A stretch of DNA of 64,000 nt from Chlamydiales bacterium (GTDB taxonomy: Bacteria > Chlamydiota > Chlamydiia > Chlamydiales > Simkaniaceae), in assembly GCA_024233515.1 (NCBI GenBank), contig JACKPO010000008.1, positions 10,581-74,580 on the forward strand, given 5' to 3'. Below, piece by piece: positions 28,265 through 37,581 of the stretch. A program made the translations under genes and the position numbers. The notes beneath the pieces are model-generated. The model was not told the DNA's origin and made no database searches. It was given only the letters and a program-made list of their open reading frames with translations. Position 1 is the first letter of the stretch. Each line of letters opens with the position of its first letter.

Positions 28265-31090
28265 TCAAAGTCTCTGATTTAAAGCCTTAGAAAGGATACT
28301 TACGATTTCAACATGGCCAAGTCTTTGCGCTAATTCCAGAGGTGTTTCTCCTTTCGGCGACCTGGAAACTAAAATGGTATCCTTACACTCAAGCAAGGCC
28401 TTCACCCCATCAACATAGTGATGCATAATAGCCAAATGCAAAGGAGTATAACCCCAATAGTCCCGATTGACACTAGCTACACATTCGATCAGCCGTTTAA
28501 GAACCCGGGTTTGTTTCATCTCTATCGCAAATTCAAGTGCAGATCTCTTATCATTAAGATCATAACGAATATCTGTTGTCGGGCAGGCCAGAAGCTTCAT
28601 CGCAGAATATTCATCTTCAGATTGAATCGCCCACAGTAAAGGGCTAAGATCATTGACGATTGTGAGATTGGGATCTGCTCCTGCTGCAAGAAGCGCATCG
28701 ATTGCATGAGATGCCTGATACTGTATAGCGGTGAAAAGAGGCGTTTGTCCTTCTTCTCCTTGAAGATTCAGTAACTCAGGGTAGCTTTGAAGCAAGATAT
28801 TAGTGCATTCCTCAGAATCTGCCATAGCAGCATAATGAAGAGGAGAGAGCCCCTGAGAATCGGTAATATTTAACTTCGCTCCCTTTTCCATCAGCCATTG
28901 AAGGATAGATGGATCCTTACATTTTGAAGCATGGTGGACTAGACTGACCCTGAACGGATCTTTAAAATTCCAATTCTTAATTTTTGGGCTTATCGCCGTA
29001 AACCCTGCAAGATCTTCATTTGAAATCGCATCCAAAACACCCAAAAGCGCATCATCAAGGGGGGAGTCGGGAAGCGGAGGAAATAGGAGTCCTTTGGCAA
29101 TCAATTCAGGTGATTCGCCATCGATCACCTCCATTGCATCATACGGCACTTGCACAGTTGTTCCTCTATGAAAATACCCCAAGAACCGAGAACTTTGAGC
29201 TTCAATATCTTCAATAGAAATCCCACACCCTCCTCCGATGTGAATACACTCATCGGAAACATCTGGAAGAATCGAAAAAGTTCCCTCTAAAGGGTTAAAG
29301 AGAAATCCTATATTCTCAAGGCAAGCAGTCAGAGGATTTCTAAACCACTTTTCTATCCCTTCTTTAGTTGCCATCCAACTTTTTTTATCTCGCCCTTTCG
29401 AACTTGCGATGAGTCGGTTCAATTCCTTAAAAAACTTCTCACGAACAGATGAATCGCTTGCAGCTCTGGAATAGGTTGGGCCAAGAATCGTTTTTGCATC
29501 ATCAGAATACAATTGGTAACGTGATTTACAGAACTCCAATACCTCCTCAGTAAGATTATTACGCGTTTCTCCTGATAAAAAAGATCCAAAACGCCTTTCA
29601 ATACACTGATCTAATACATCAAAAGCTTCTCTCTTGAGCTCTTGTGAGGAATTGGCTCTTTTTAAATACCCCATCACTTGACCTAGTTGAGTTTCGTCCA
29701 TGGATTCAAACAACGCGAGGAAAGAAAGCCGCAGCTGATTAGCAGGCTCTAACGGAATGGGAGGGAAGACGTTAGGACACGACGCTTCTACTTCTTCAGA
29801 CAGATCTCGGCTCAATAGAGGGATCTTATTGACCTCTTTTAAAGAGTTACAGTAATAACTGAAAAAATTCGCCAGATAAAGAATTTCGAAATACTTTTTA
29901 CAGATTGGAAGTTGGGGCAAAAGCTCTTTGATTTGAGCGTTCATGATCTGGCATGCTTCTCTTAAATAGGCATCATGCGTCTTTTCCTCCTCCGTTATTG
30001 GAGTTCCTTTCAGTTCCCAAGTCACATCGAATCCCCCAGCATAAGATAAAGAGGAGCCACTTTTATAAATTGCGTTTTGATGGAAAATAATCTGACCGTT
30101 AATCTCGTAAATGTGCTTAGAGGTAACTTTGGCCCCTTCCTCTCCCAGAAGATCTTTGAGAATTTCTTCAAATGAGTGATAATTGAGCCCTAGATTTTCA
30201 CAATATTCGTGAAAATCTTTTGCATGCCTCACAAGAAATTGCTGGGATTTTTCTCTTGTTAGGTTCCAATGATCAATAAACTCTTTCTCGAAGTATCGAC
30301 CATTCTCCAAACCCTTCATGTAATAATCCAGCATTCCAAGGGCTTCTCCGACCAAAGTATGGCGATACGAAGGGGGAATAACAGGATAGCTTGTTAACGA
30401 GCCGTTGAAATGCAGGCTAAAAAAGGGAAGATCTCGAAAAACATAAATCCCTCTTGCTACCTCACGTAAAATTTGGAAGGCCTCTCTTTCACTGACCTCA
30501 GAGGTTGGAAGATAAAGAGTGTGTGTTCCTCCTGGCTCTTCAATCGGAAGATCTAGAATTTTTCCATACTTACACGAAACACCCTGCAAATCACCTTTAT
30601 CAAGACTGAGATAGTTAGGGATCTGCCGCGATTTTTCATACGTATTATGGATACGGTTAATAAGCAAATTCTCTTTGAAGGTTTTCATTTCAGGCGAATA
30701 ACGAGAGAACTTAGGGGTTGTGAAATGCCCTCCCTTAGGGTTATTTCTATCTGGAACCCATTGCTTAGGAAAGTTGTTTTTTCCTCCGTTAGTGATATCT
30801 CCTTCCCAAACTTCCGCCCAAGCTTGAGTACCATCTGACATCGTTTTAAGAAAAATTTCCTTTCCAAATGCATTGGTTCCGACTTTATTTTTAGGATCAA
30901 AAGTAGCTAATTCGATAAAAGCTCGATTTTCTCTACTATCTTTGCTTAAGTGGCCTATGTCATTTTTAAAAATATGACCGAGCCTGCTTTGATCCTCTGG
31001 GATTTTCGGCTGAATCCAATCCGAGCTAGCTTCCAAGTGATTGTAAAATAATACAATGCATACCAGCATTCGGAATGCAGTTTTAAACAT
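28265..31090 (-). CDS. Secreted ankyrin-repeat protein with an N-terminal toxin-like domain
   Basis: 941 aa. Signal peptide (..HLEA/SS), then a HIF...GHL..DS.ENR...G.N.FG......DG.QAW.E...G.I.NGG.N..P..W domain. About 7 C-terminal ankyrin repeats (GLSPLHYAA, GQTPLFTA, GYTPLHLA, GETPLELA). Confidence 0.8.
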   Translation of the reverse strand: MFKTAFRMLVCIVLFYNHLEASSDWIQPKIPEDQSRLGHIFKNDIGHLSKDSRENRAFIELATFDPKNKVGTNAFGKEIFLKTMSDGTQAWAEVWEGDITNGGKNNFPKQWVPDRNNPKGGHFTTPKFSRYSPEMKTFKENLLINRIHNTYEKSRQIPNYLSLDKGDLQGVSCKYGKILDLPIEEPGGTHTLYLPTSEVSEREAFQILREVARGIYVFRDLPFFSLHFNGSLTSYPVIPPSYRHTLVGEALGMLDYYMKGLENGRYFEKEFIDHWNLTREKSQQFLVRHAKDFHEYCENLGLNYHSFEEILKDLLGEEGAKVTSKHIYEINGQIIFHQNAIYKSGSSLSYAGGFDVTWELKGTPITEEEKTHDAYLREACQIMNAQIKELLPQLPICKKYFEILYLANFFSYYCNSLKEVNKIPLLSRDLSEEVEASCPNVFPPIPLEPANQLRLSFLALFESMDETQLGQVMGYLKRANSSQELKREAFDVLDQCIERRFGSFLSGETRNNLTEEVLEFCKSRYQLYSDDAKTILGPTYSRAASDSSVREKFFKELNRLIASSKGRDKKSWMATKEGIEKWFRNPLTACLENIGFLFNPLEGTFSILPDVSDECIHIGGGCGISIEDIEAQSSRFLGYFHRGTTVQVPYDAMEVIDGESPELIAKGLLFPPLPDSPLDDALLGVLDAISNEDLAGFTAISPKIKNWNFKDPFRVSLVHHASKCKDPSILQWLMEKGAKLNITDSQGLSPLHYAAMADSEECTNILLQSYPELLNLQGEEGQTPLFTAIQYQASHAIDALLAAGADPNLTIVNDLSPLLWAIQSEDEYSAMKLLACPTTDIRYDLNDKRSALEFAIEMKQTRVLKRLIECVASVNRDYWGYTPLHLAIMHHYVDGVKALLECKDTILVSRSPKGETPLELAQRLGHVEIVSILSKALNQRL

Positions 31091-31173
31091 AAAAATCCTA
31101 ATTCAATATAAATTACAAAAATTAAGGGTATATGATACCCTAAATTTTCTTCAAATTTAAACATGGCGAAAAA

Positions 31174-31689
31174 ATGAAAAGAACATTTCCAATCGAAAAG
31201 GGATTTCAAGTTGTTGTTTTTTTCTTAATGGACTTTTGGTGGAAATTTCTAAAAGATGAAATGGTTAAAAGAGGGCTAATCAATCACAAAAAAATGACTC
31301 CCCAAGAAAGAGAGTCAGCGTCTGACGAGGATAAAGCAAAAGATAACCTTCTCTATGACAACGGGATTGTTTTTACAACAATTCTAGCTGATCCCTCAGG
31401 GCCTGGAAATAGTTTTAAAGAAGTTATCCGTAAAAAGTTAGGCATAACACCCATAGACCAAAGTTATGGAATGCTGATTGACGAAGACACGCTTTTTCAG
31501 CTTTCAATAGATTTTTGCTGCTACTACAATAGAGGCTATCAAAAAAAAGGAAAAGATCCACTAAGATTTGCAATAGTTCGGCTTGAGAATATGAGGAAAA
31601 ATCCCCAGCTACATGAAGAAGAATGGAATATTTGGGAGAAGGCAATTCAATACGTTAATTCCCCAGGAGACAAGCATTTGATCTTTTAG
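31174..31689 (+). CDS. Paralogous array gene A1 (putative immunity protein)
   Basis: 171 aa, closely similar to 32264-32779; GFQV..FF, LFQL.IDFC.Y and EW.IW motifs. Confidence 0.75.
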   Translation: MKRTFPIEKGFQVVVFFLMDFWWKFLKDEMVKRGLINHKKMTPQERESASDEDKAKDNLLYDNGIVFTTILADPSGPGNSFKEVIRKKLGITPIDQSYGMLIDEDTLFQLSIDFCCYYNRGYQKKGKDPLRFAIVRLENMRKNPQLHEEEWNIWEKAIQYVNSPGDKHLIF

Positions 31690-31742
31690 ATTGCTACTAG
31701 TGAATATGCTTGATTTATTTAAAACACGAGTTCCGATAAGTT

Positions 31743-32195
31743 ATGAATAGAGAGTTTTCTGTGAAAGATGGATTCCAGGTCATTATGCTTTTCTTTCAAA
31801 GCCTGTGGTACAATGTCTTAAAGCCTGAAGCTGTAAGCGTTCTTACTCCTGAAGTGATCGAAGATAATGATTTTTTCTTTCTTACTGTTTGCATAGGCTC
31901 ATCAGCAGACAAATACTTTGAAAAGGTCATTGAAAGGACTATGAAAATCCCTCCAAAATATCAGCATAATGGGCTTTATATAAGACAAGAGATGCTTTTT
32001 AAGCTATCCATTGACTTCTGTGAATACTTCAATGAACGTTTTCAAAAAAAAGGCAATGACTCTTTAAGATTTGCTATTGAGCGGCTTGAAAAAATGATAA
32101 AATTTCCTCAAGAGTACAGTAAAGAATGGGGTATATGGGATCAAATGGTCAAAGGTGTTACTCAACACGGCGAAAAATCCCTGGGTTTTTTTTAA
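31743..32195 (+). CDS. Paralogous array gene B1 (putative immunity protein)
   Basis: 150 aa, similar to 32997-33512 (MNRE.SVKDGFQVIM, GSSADKYFEKVIE, HG.KSLGFF). Confidence 0.75.
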   Translation: MNREFSVKDGFQVIMLFFQSLWYNVLKPEAVSVLTPEVIEDNDFFFLTVCIGSSADKYFEKVIERTMKIPPKYQHNGLYIRQEMLFKLSIDFCEYFNERFQKKGNDSLRFAIERLEKMIKFPQEYSKEWGIWDQMVKGVTQHGEKSLGFF

Positions 32196-32263
32196 GGAGC
32201 TTCATGGAGTTTGCGCTTTTGAGGTTTTTCCTTTCTTCGTAACCCTATAAATATGAGGAAAAA

Positions 32264-32779
32264 GTGAATAGAACGTTCGCAATAGAAAAAGGGTTTCAGG
32301 TTGTGGTATTTTTCCTAATGGATATTTGGGAGAATTCTCTGAAAAACACAATGATTAAGAAAGACCTTATTAATCAAAAAAAATTCAATCCCAAAGAGTT
32401 AGAAAATATAATGCCTCAAGAAAAAGCTAAAGACGACCTCTATGACGATTGCCATTTTGTTTTTGTTACTGTTTGCGGTGATCCAGTAGGGCCAGGAAGT
32501 TACTTTGAAGAAATTGTTCAATCGAGGTTAAATGTCCCACCCCAAAAACAACACGAAGGATTAATCGTAGAAGAAAATACATTATTTCAGCTTGTTATAG
32601 ATTTTTGCCGATACTTTAATAAAAAGTTCAAAAGCTACGGGAAATCCTCACTAGATTTCCCCATTGGATGGTTTGAGGACATGAGAAAAAATCCCCAGCT
32701 TCATGAAGAAGAATGGAATATTTGGGAAAAGACGATTCAATATGTTGATTCCCCAGGAGATAAGCATTTGATCTTTTAG
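32264..32779 (+). CDS. Paralogous array gene A2 (putative immunity protein)
   Basis: 171 aa, GTG start; C-terminus MRKNPQLHEEEWNIWEK.IQYV.SPGDKHLIF is nearly identical to A1. Confidence 0.75.
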   Translation: MNRTFAIEKGFQVVVFFLMDIWENSLKNTMIKKDLINQKKFNPKELENIMPQEKAKDDLYDDCHFVFVTVCGDPVGPGSYFEEIVQSRLNVPPQKQHEGLIVEENTLFQLVIDFCRYFNKKFKSYGKSSLDFPIGWFEDMRKNPQLHEEEWNIWEKTIQYVDSPGDKHLIF

Positions 32780-32787
32780 ATTGCTGC

Positions 32788-32953
32788 TATACCTAACGTG
32801 ATTCAAAAGTTGGGAATTTGGCAAGGCGGCCCCACGCAAATTTTTTTCCTGGAGCGAGCGACCATTGTGCGAGCACAAGGCGCAAGTGAAGGCTAGAAAT
32901 TTGCTGCAGAGCCAACGCAGCCAAAAACCAATTTTTGAATCATTTTAGGTATA
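32788..32953. mobile_element. MITE copy 2 with TA target-site duplication
   Basis: TATACCTAACGTGATTCAAAAGTTGG ... CCAATTTTTGAATCATTTTAGGTATA. The paralogous empty site near 31691-31708 reads TTGCTAC-TA-GTGAATATG. Confidence 0.92.
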
Positions 32954-32996
32954 GTGAATATGCTTGATTTATTTAAAACATGAGTTCCGATAAGTT

Positions 32997-33512
32997 ATGA
33001 ATAGAGAGGTTTCTGTGAAAGATGGCTTTCAGGTCATTATGATTTACTTCGAGCCATTTTTTTGGGAATTTATCAAACAAAAAATGGTGGAAAATAATCA
33101 GATCAACTCTAGCAGGATTTCATTTGATGATCTAAAATTAGCAACTGACGATGAGAAAGCTAAGGATTTGCTGCACGAAGATCTAGGTTATTTTTTCATG
33201 GTTGTGTGTGACGGATCCTCAGCAGATAAATACTTTGAAAAAGTTATAGAAAAACGATTACATATCCCTCCTAATAAACAGCGTGAAGGACTCTTTGTTA
33301 ATGAAAGTATGCTGTTTCAACTTGCTGTGGATTTTTGTGAGTATTTCAACGCTCGATTTCAAGATGAAGGAAGGGACTCATTGAGATTTGTAATTCAATG
33401 GCTAAAAAATATGCAAAAAGAACCCGAAAAACATCAAATTGAATGGGATATGTGGAAAAATGTTCTAGTTGATGTTGTTCAGCACGGAAAAAAATCCCTG
33501 GGGTTTTTTTAG
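32997..33512 (+). CDS. Paralogous array gene B2 (putative immunity protein)
   Basis: 171 aa with B-type termini plus the DEKAKD.L segment also found in A1/A2. Confidence 0.75.
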   Translation: MNREVSVKDGFQVIMIYFEPFFWEFIKQKMVENNQINSSRISFDDLKLATDDEKAKDLLHEDLGYFFMVVCDGSSADKYFEKVIEKRLHIPPNKQREGLFVNESMLFQLAVDFCEYFNARFQDEGRDSLRFVIQWLKNMQKEPEKHQIEWDMWKNVLVDVVQHGKKSLGFF

Positions 33513-33568
33513 GAGAGTTCATGGGCTTTGCCCTTGTGAAGTTTTTCCTTTCTTTGTAACCTAACGAC

Positions 33569-34831
33569 ATGTCGTCGACAAAGCGTGTGTTTCCAGTTTT
33601 AACGGTTCTCTTTTTGGGTTATCTGGGCTTCTCCCTCGCGATCCCCCTTTTTCCTCCTCTTTTTATGGATCCGACGCATGCGTTTCTCTCTCATGATACA
33701 ACGCAAGGGATGCGGCGGATTTTGTTGGGGATTTTATTTGCGATGTATCCGTTGGGACAGTTTGTCGGAGCTCCCCTTTTAGGGAAATTATCGGATAAAT
33801 ATGGGCGAAAGCCGATCCTTTTGCTCTCACTGATCATTGTGATTCCGGCCTATTTAGGGTCGGCCCTTTCTGTTGCGTATACCCTGCCCACACTCCTTTT
33901 TATCTCACGATTTTTGAGTGGATTACTTGAAGGAAACATCGTGATTGCGCAAGCAGCGATTGCTGATATCAGTGAAGATGCAAAAGCAAAGACAAAGAAT
34001 TTTGGGTGGCTTGTGTCACTCAGTAGCACAGCCTTTTTCTTTGGCCCCTTAATCGGGGGAAAGCTTGCCGATCGCTCTCTTGTCAGTTGGTTCCACTTTG
34101 ACACTCCTTTTTGGGGAGCGGCCATCTTAACCCTTTTCGGAATCGTGATTGTTTGGAAACTTTTTAAAGAGACCCATCCTCCCGATCCAGAGGTCGATGC
34201 GTCACCGAAAGCAATCATCAAGAGTTTTACCGATGGGCTGAAGTTTAAAGGGCTCCGTTCGACCTATCTTGCGAATCTTTTTGTTTTCCTCGCGATTTTC
34301 TTTTTCCTTAACTTCTTCACCGCCTATTTAGTGGCGCAGTTCAATCTATCGGTCTCCCATTTAGGAGAGGTGAATGCCTATCTCTCCATTCCGTTTATGA
34401 TTGCTCCGGTTTTCTTTGGACTGTTTGCGAAGTGGTGGACTTCAAGGCAAGCCATGCGAATGGGATGTTTTTGCCTTTGTATTGCGTATCTGGTTTTCGT
34501 GATTCCCGCATCTCCATGGGCTCTCCTCTTAACCCTCCTTCCGGTTGGGTTTTTCCAGTCGATGGGCTTTGCGTTTCCAGCGCTGATGGTTTCAGATAGC
34601 GTTAGTCAAAAGGTTCAGGGACAAGCGCTCGGGACCAATCAATCGATCCAAGTGTTTGCCGAAGCGGCAACAGCTCTTTGTGGAGGGTTCATTATGGCGG
34701 TCGGCGCGCGCCTTCCGATCTATGCCGCCGTTATCTCTGCCTTTATTGCGGGACTGATCCTCTTTATTCAGCAGCCAAAACAGGCAAGGTCTTCTGGGAG
34801 CGCTTCTCAAACAGAAGGGCGAGAAGCATAA
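33569..34831 (+). CDS. MFS transporter, DHA1 (TetA-like)
   Basis: GKLSDKYGRKP, AQAAIADIS and GPLIGG; about 12 TM segments. Confidence 0.9.
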   Translation: MSSTKRVFPVLTVLFLGYLGFSLAIPLFPPLFMDPTHAFLSHDTTQGMRRILLGILFAMYPLGQFVGAPLLGKLSDKYGRKPILLLSLIIVIPAYLGSALSVAYTLPTLLFISRFLSGLLEGNIVIAQAAIADISEDAKAKTKNFGWLVSLSSTAFFFGPLIGGKLADRSLVSWFHFDTPFWGAAILTLFGIVIVWKLFKETHPPDPEVDASPKAIIKSFTDGLKFKGLRSTYLANLFVFLAIFFFLNFFTAYLVAQFNLSVSHLGEVNAYLSIPFMIAPVFFGLFAKWWTSRQAMRMGCFCLCIAYLVFVIPASPWALLLTLLPVGFFQSMGFAFPALMVSDSVSQKVQGQALGTNQSIQVFAEAATALCGGFIMAVGARLPIYAAVISAFIAGLILFIQQPKQARSSGSASQTEGREA

Positions 34832-36296
34832 AGAGGAAAAAGATCCACCCCGAAACCCAAAAAATGTCGTTTGTTGAAAGCATATAGGCTTGTTTCCATG
34901 CCACTTGATCGACCACGGTCAGGGCCTGCTTTCCCTGGATCCCATATTTTTTCAAGTCAGCAAAGAAAGCATCGCTCGTCGGGTTGAAGGGATTGATCGT
35001 ATCGACAAGATTGCTATGGTGGTGGGTGGCCCGTCTTCCCCACAGTGTCACAAAGACTGAGGTCCCGACTCCCCCCATAAAAATCCGGCAGAAATGAAAG
35101 ATCCCCTGTCCCATCGCAAGCTTGTCATGGGGAAAGTGGGCAAAACTAATCGCGGTCAAGGGGGCCATCCAAGCGCAAATCCCAATGCCAAAATAGAGAC
35201 GAGAAAGGGCAATCTTTTTGAAGGTCACATCTGTTGTAAAAGTCGTAAAGTAGAAAAAGGCCAGTCCAAAACACAAAAAGGAAAGCATTAAGAGATAGTT
35301 CAATCGAACCTTATCCATGAGTTTCGCCACGATTAAAACGGTGCAGAACGGGATAATCCCCATGGTTGAGACGGCAAGCCCCGCAAGGTAAGCGGTATAC
35401 CCCATCATCTCTTGGAGCCAAAGAGGAGAAACGACAATCGATCCAAAAAGGAGCATATAGGAAAGGGCCGTCATCGCTGTCCCTAAAGAAAAGTTCCGAT
35501 TTTTGAAAAGGGATAAATCCATGATTGGGTTTTTCGTTGTCAGCTCCCAAATAAAGAGGAAGGTAAAGGAAACAACAGAGATAATGGTGAGAATCCAAAT
35601 GGTATTGGAACGCCACCAATCGAGTTGCTCCCCTTGATCAAGGATGACTTGGAGAGCAAAAACGGCAAAGGCGAGGAGTAAAATCCCCACCTTATCAACA
35701 CGGATCGCCTCTGTCGGTGTTTCCCGCCCTTTATAAATCGAGCGGATCGCTAGGGTACAAAAAATCCCGATCGGGATATTAATAAAAAAGATCCAAGGCC
35801 AAGAGTAATCGTAGGTGATGTATCCCCCCAGAATCGGTCCTGCAATGGGACCCACGACCGCCACCATATTCCAAATCGCTAGAGCGAGGTTCTTTTTTTC
35901 TTTGGGAAAACTCATGAGCATCAAGCTTTGTGAAAGGGGAATAAGAGGCCCTGCGACAAATCCCTGAATAAAGCGGCTAAAGACTAGCATTTGGATATTG
36001 AAAGCAAGACCGCAGAGCCACGACATCACAGTAAATAGGAGAACAGAGATCACCATCACACGGATCGATCCGAACCGTTTTGTAAACCACCCTGTAAGAG
36101 GAAGGCAAATCGCGTTTCCAACAGCAAACATGGTGATCACCCACGTCCCATCGTTCACACTCACCCCTAAGTCTCCAGAAATATAGGGAATCGAAACATT
36201 GGCAATCGAATAATCGAGAACCTGCATAAAGGTACAAAGAGAAAGAGCAATCGCTCCAATAAAGAGTGTGATCCCAGCTAAGGGTTTTTCCTTCAT
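34764..36296 (-). CDS. emrB: Multidrug efflux MFS subunit EmrB
   Basis: FMQVLDYSIANVSIP, WVIT.F, GPLIPLSQSL and GPILGG; downstream of emrA. Confidence 0.92.
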   Translation of the reverse strand: MKEKPLAGITLFIGAIALSLCTFMQVLDYSIANVSIPYISGDLGVSVNDGTWVITMFAVGNAICLPLTGWFTKRFGSIRVMVISVLLFTVMSWLCGLAFNIQMLVFSRFIQGFVAGPLIPLSQSLMLMSFPKEKKNLALAIWNMVAVVGPIAGPILGGYITYDYSWPWIFFINIPIGIFCTLAIRSIYKGRETPTEAIRVDKVGILLLAFAVFALQVILDQGEQLDWWRSNTIWILTIISVVSFTFLFIWELTTKNPIMDLSLFKNRNFSLGTAMTALSYMLLFGSIVVSPLWLQEMMGYTAYLAGLAVSTMGIIPFCTVLIVAKLMDKVRLNYLLMLSFLCFGLAFFYFTTFTTDVTFKKIALSRLYFGIGICAWMAPLTAISFAHFPHDKLAMGQGIFHFCRIFMGGVGTSVFVTLWGRRATHHHSNLVDTINPFNPTSDAFFADLKKYGIQGKQALTVVDQVAWKQAYMLSTNDIFWVSGWIFFLFMLLALLFEKRSQKTLPVLAAE

Positions 36297-37435
36297 CGGT
36301 TTGCCTGAATAATGTCCTCAATAATGGGCTCGACCCCCTCTTCCTGCGCATGATAGATCTTCGTTTTATAAATCGGCTTCAACCGCGATTTTTGTCGGAG
36401 CATTTCACTCGAGGTGTCGTGAATGTCAACCGTGACGTCCATCGAAAGCCCAAGCCACAGCGGATTTTTCTTCAGCTGCTGCGCATCTAAACTGACTCGA
36501 ACAGGGACCCGTTGAACAATTTTAATCCAATTCCCCGTTGCATTTTGTGGAGGGAGAGCAGAGAACACACTCCCCGTTCCTGGATTGATCCCGATCACCT
36601 TCCCTGTGAAAACAACTTTCCGCCCATAAAGATCAGCATTCATCCGCACCGATTGGCCCACCCGCATTTTCGAGAGTTGAATCTCTTTGAAGTTCGCATC
36701 AACCCAAAGCTCGTCCAAAGGAATCACTGCCAAAAGGGGCTGCGAAGGATTCACATATTCCCCAAGCTGAACGGTTCTTTGCGACACATATCCATTCATT
36801 GGCGCTAAGATATCGCACCGCTGCAAGCTCACATAGGCATCGCGGACAAGATCTGCCCCTTTTTTCACATTGGGATGGGTTTCAACGGTCGTTCCCTGAA
36901 CCTCGGCAATCGCTCCTTGAAGGGCAAAGTAGGTCTCCTTCTCACTCGCTTTCGCTGCCACATAGGCTGCTTCGACATGCTCAAATTCTTCACGCGAAAC
37001 TCCCCCAATTCCGACAAGATTGACCCGATTTTGATAATCTTTCTCTGCGCGGAAAAGCTCAGCCCTTTTCTGCTCGAGCTCTGCCTCGAGCTGATCGACA
37101 TGGATAAACATCTGGACCACAGACCGAACCGTTTCAGCAAGAGAATGCTTCGCTTTTTCAAAAGCTAAGCGTTGATCAGTTTTATCCAGTTGAACAAGCA
37201 CCTGCCCCTCTTCAACATACTCGGTGTTATCAACGTTGATGGAGGCAACGATTCCTGGAACTTGAGGGGTCAGCTCGACCATATTTCCATTCACATAGGC
37301 ATCATCGGTGTACTCTTCAAAACGGAGCACTTCTAGCCAATAGATAAAAACGATGAGTCCAATGGCTAAAAACCCAATGGCAGTCCAAAGGAGGATTTTC
37401 TTCTGTTTACTCTTACTTGTTGGTTGTTCTTCCAT
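36293..37435 (-). CDS. emrA: Multidrug efflux membrane-fusion protein EmrA
   Basis: TDDAYVNGN, WVDANFKE and LPPQNATGNWIKIVQRVPV. Start moved to the ATG at 37435 (track start 37501). Confidence 0.92.
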   Translation of the reverse strand: MEEQPTSKSKQKKILLWTAIGFLAIGLIVFIYWLEVLRFEEYTDDAYVNGNMVELTPQVPGIVASINVDNTEYVEEGQVLVQLDKTDQRLAFEKAKHSLAETVRSVVQMFIHVDQLEAELEQKRAELFRAEKDYQNRVNLVGIGGVSREEFEHVEAAYVAAKASEKETYFALQGAIAEVQGTTVETHPNVKKGADLVRDAYVSLQRCDILAPMNGYVSQRTVQLGEYVNPSQPLLAVIPLDELWVDANFKEIQLSKMRVGQSVRMNADLYGRKVVFTGKVIGINPGTGSVFSALPPQNATGNWIKIVQRVPVRVSLDAQQLKKNPLWLGLSMDVTVDIHDTSSEMLRQKSRLKPIYKTKIYHAQEEGVEPIIEDIIQANR

Positions 37436-37493
37436 GAACCTATCCAGGATTAAAACATTGTTTAGATTTCTTCGATTTTTTAGGAGATTTTTT

Positions 37494-37543
37494 CTTTTCA
37501 TTTAGGCCACATTGTCGGAAAGACAAGGGACCTAAATGAAAAG
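37494..37543. repeat. Intergenic hairpin between the OMF and emrA genes
   Basis: CTTTTCATTTAGG (37494-37506) pairs with CCTAAATGAAAAG (37531-37543); inner stem-loop TTGTC-GGAAA-GACAA. Confidence 0.6.
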
Positions 37544-37581
37544 GAAAAAGATACCAAAAAGCGTGGGAGATAAATATGGAA

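Noticed and set aside
30955-31209. 84-aa minus-strand ORF spanning the divergent promoter region
   Set aside because: It overlaps both flanking genes, is AT-rich and has no motif; most likely spurious.
34764-34831. Convergent 3' overlaps (also 4121-4124, 17694-17726 and 41480-41489)
   Set aside because: Such overlaps are common in compact genomes and there is no evidence of a dedicated function.
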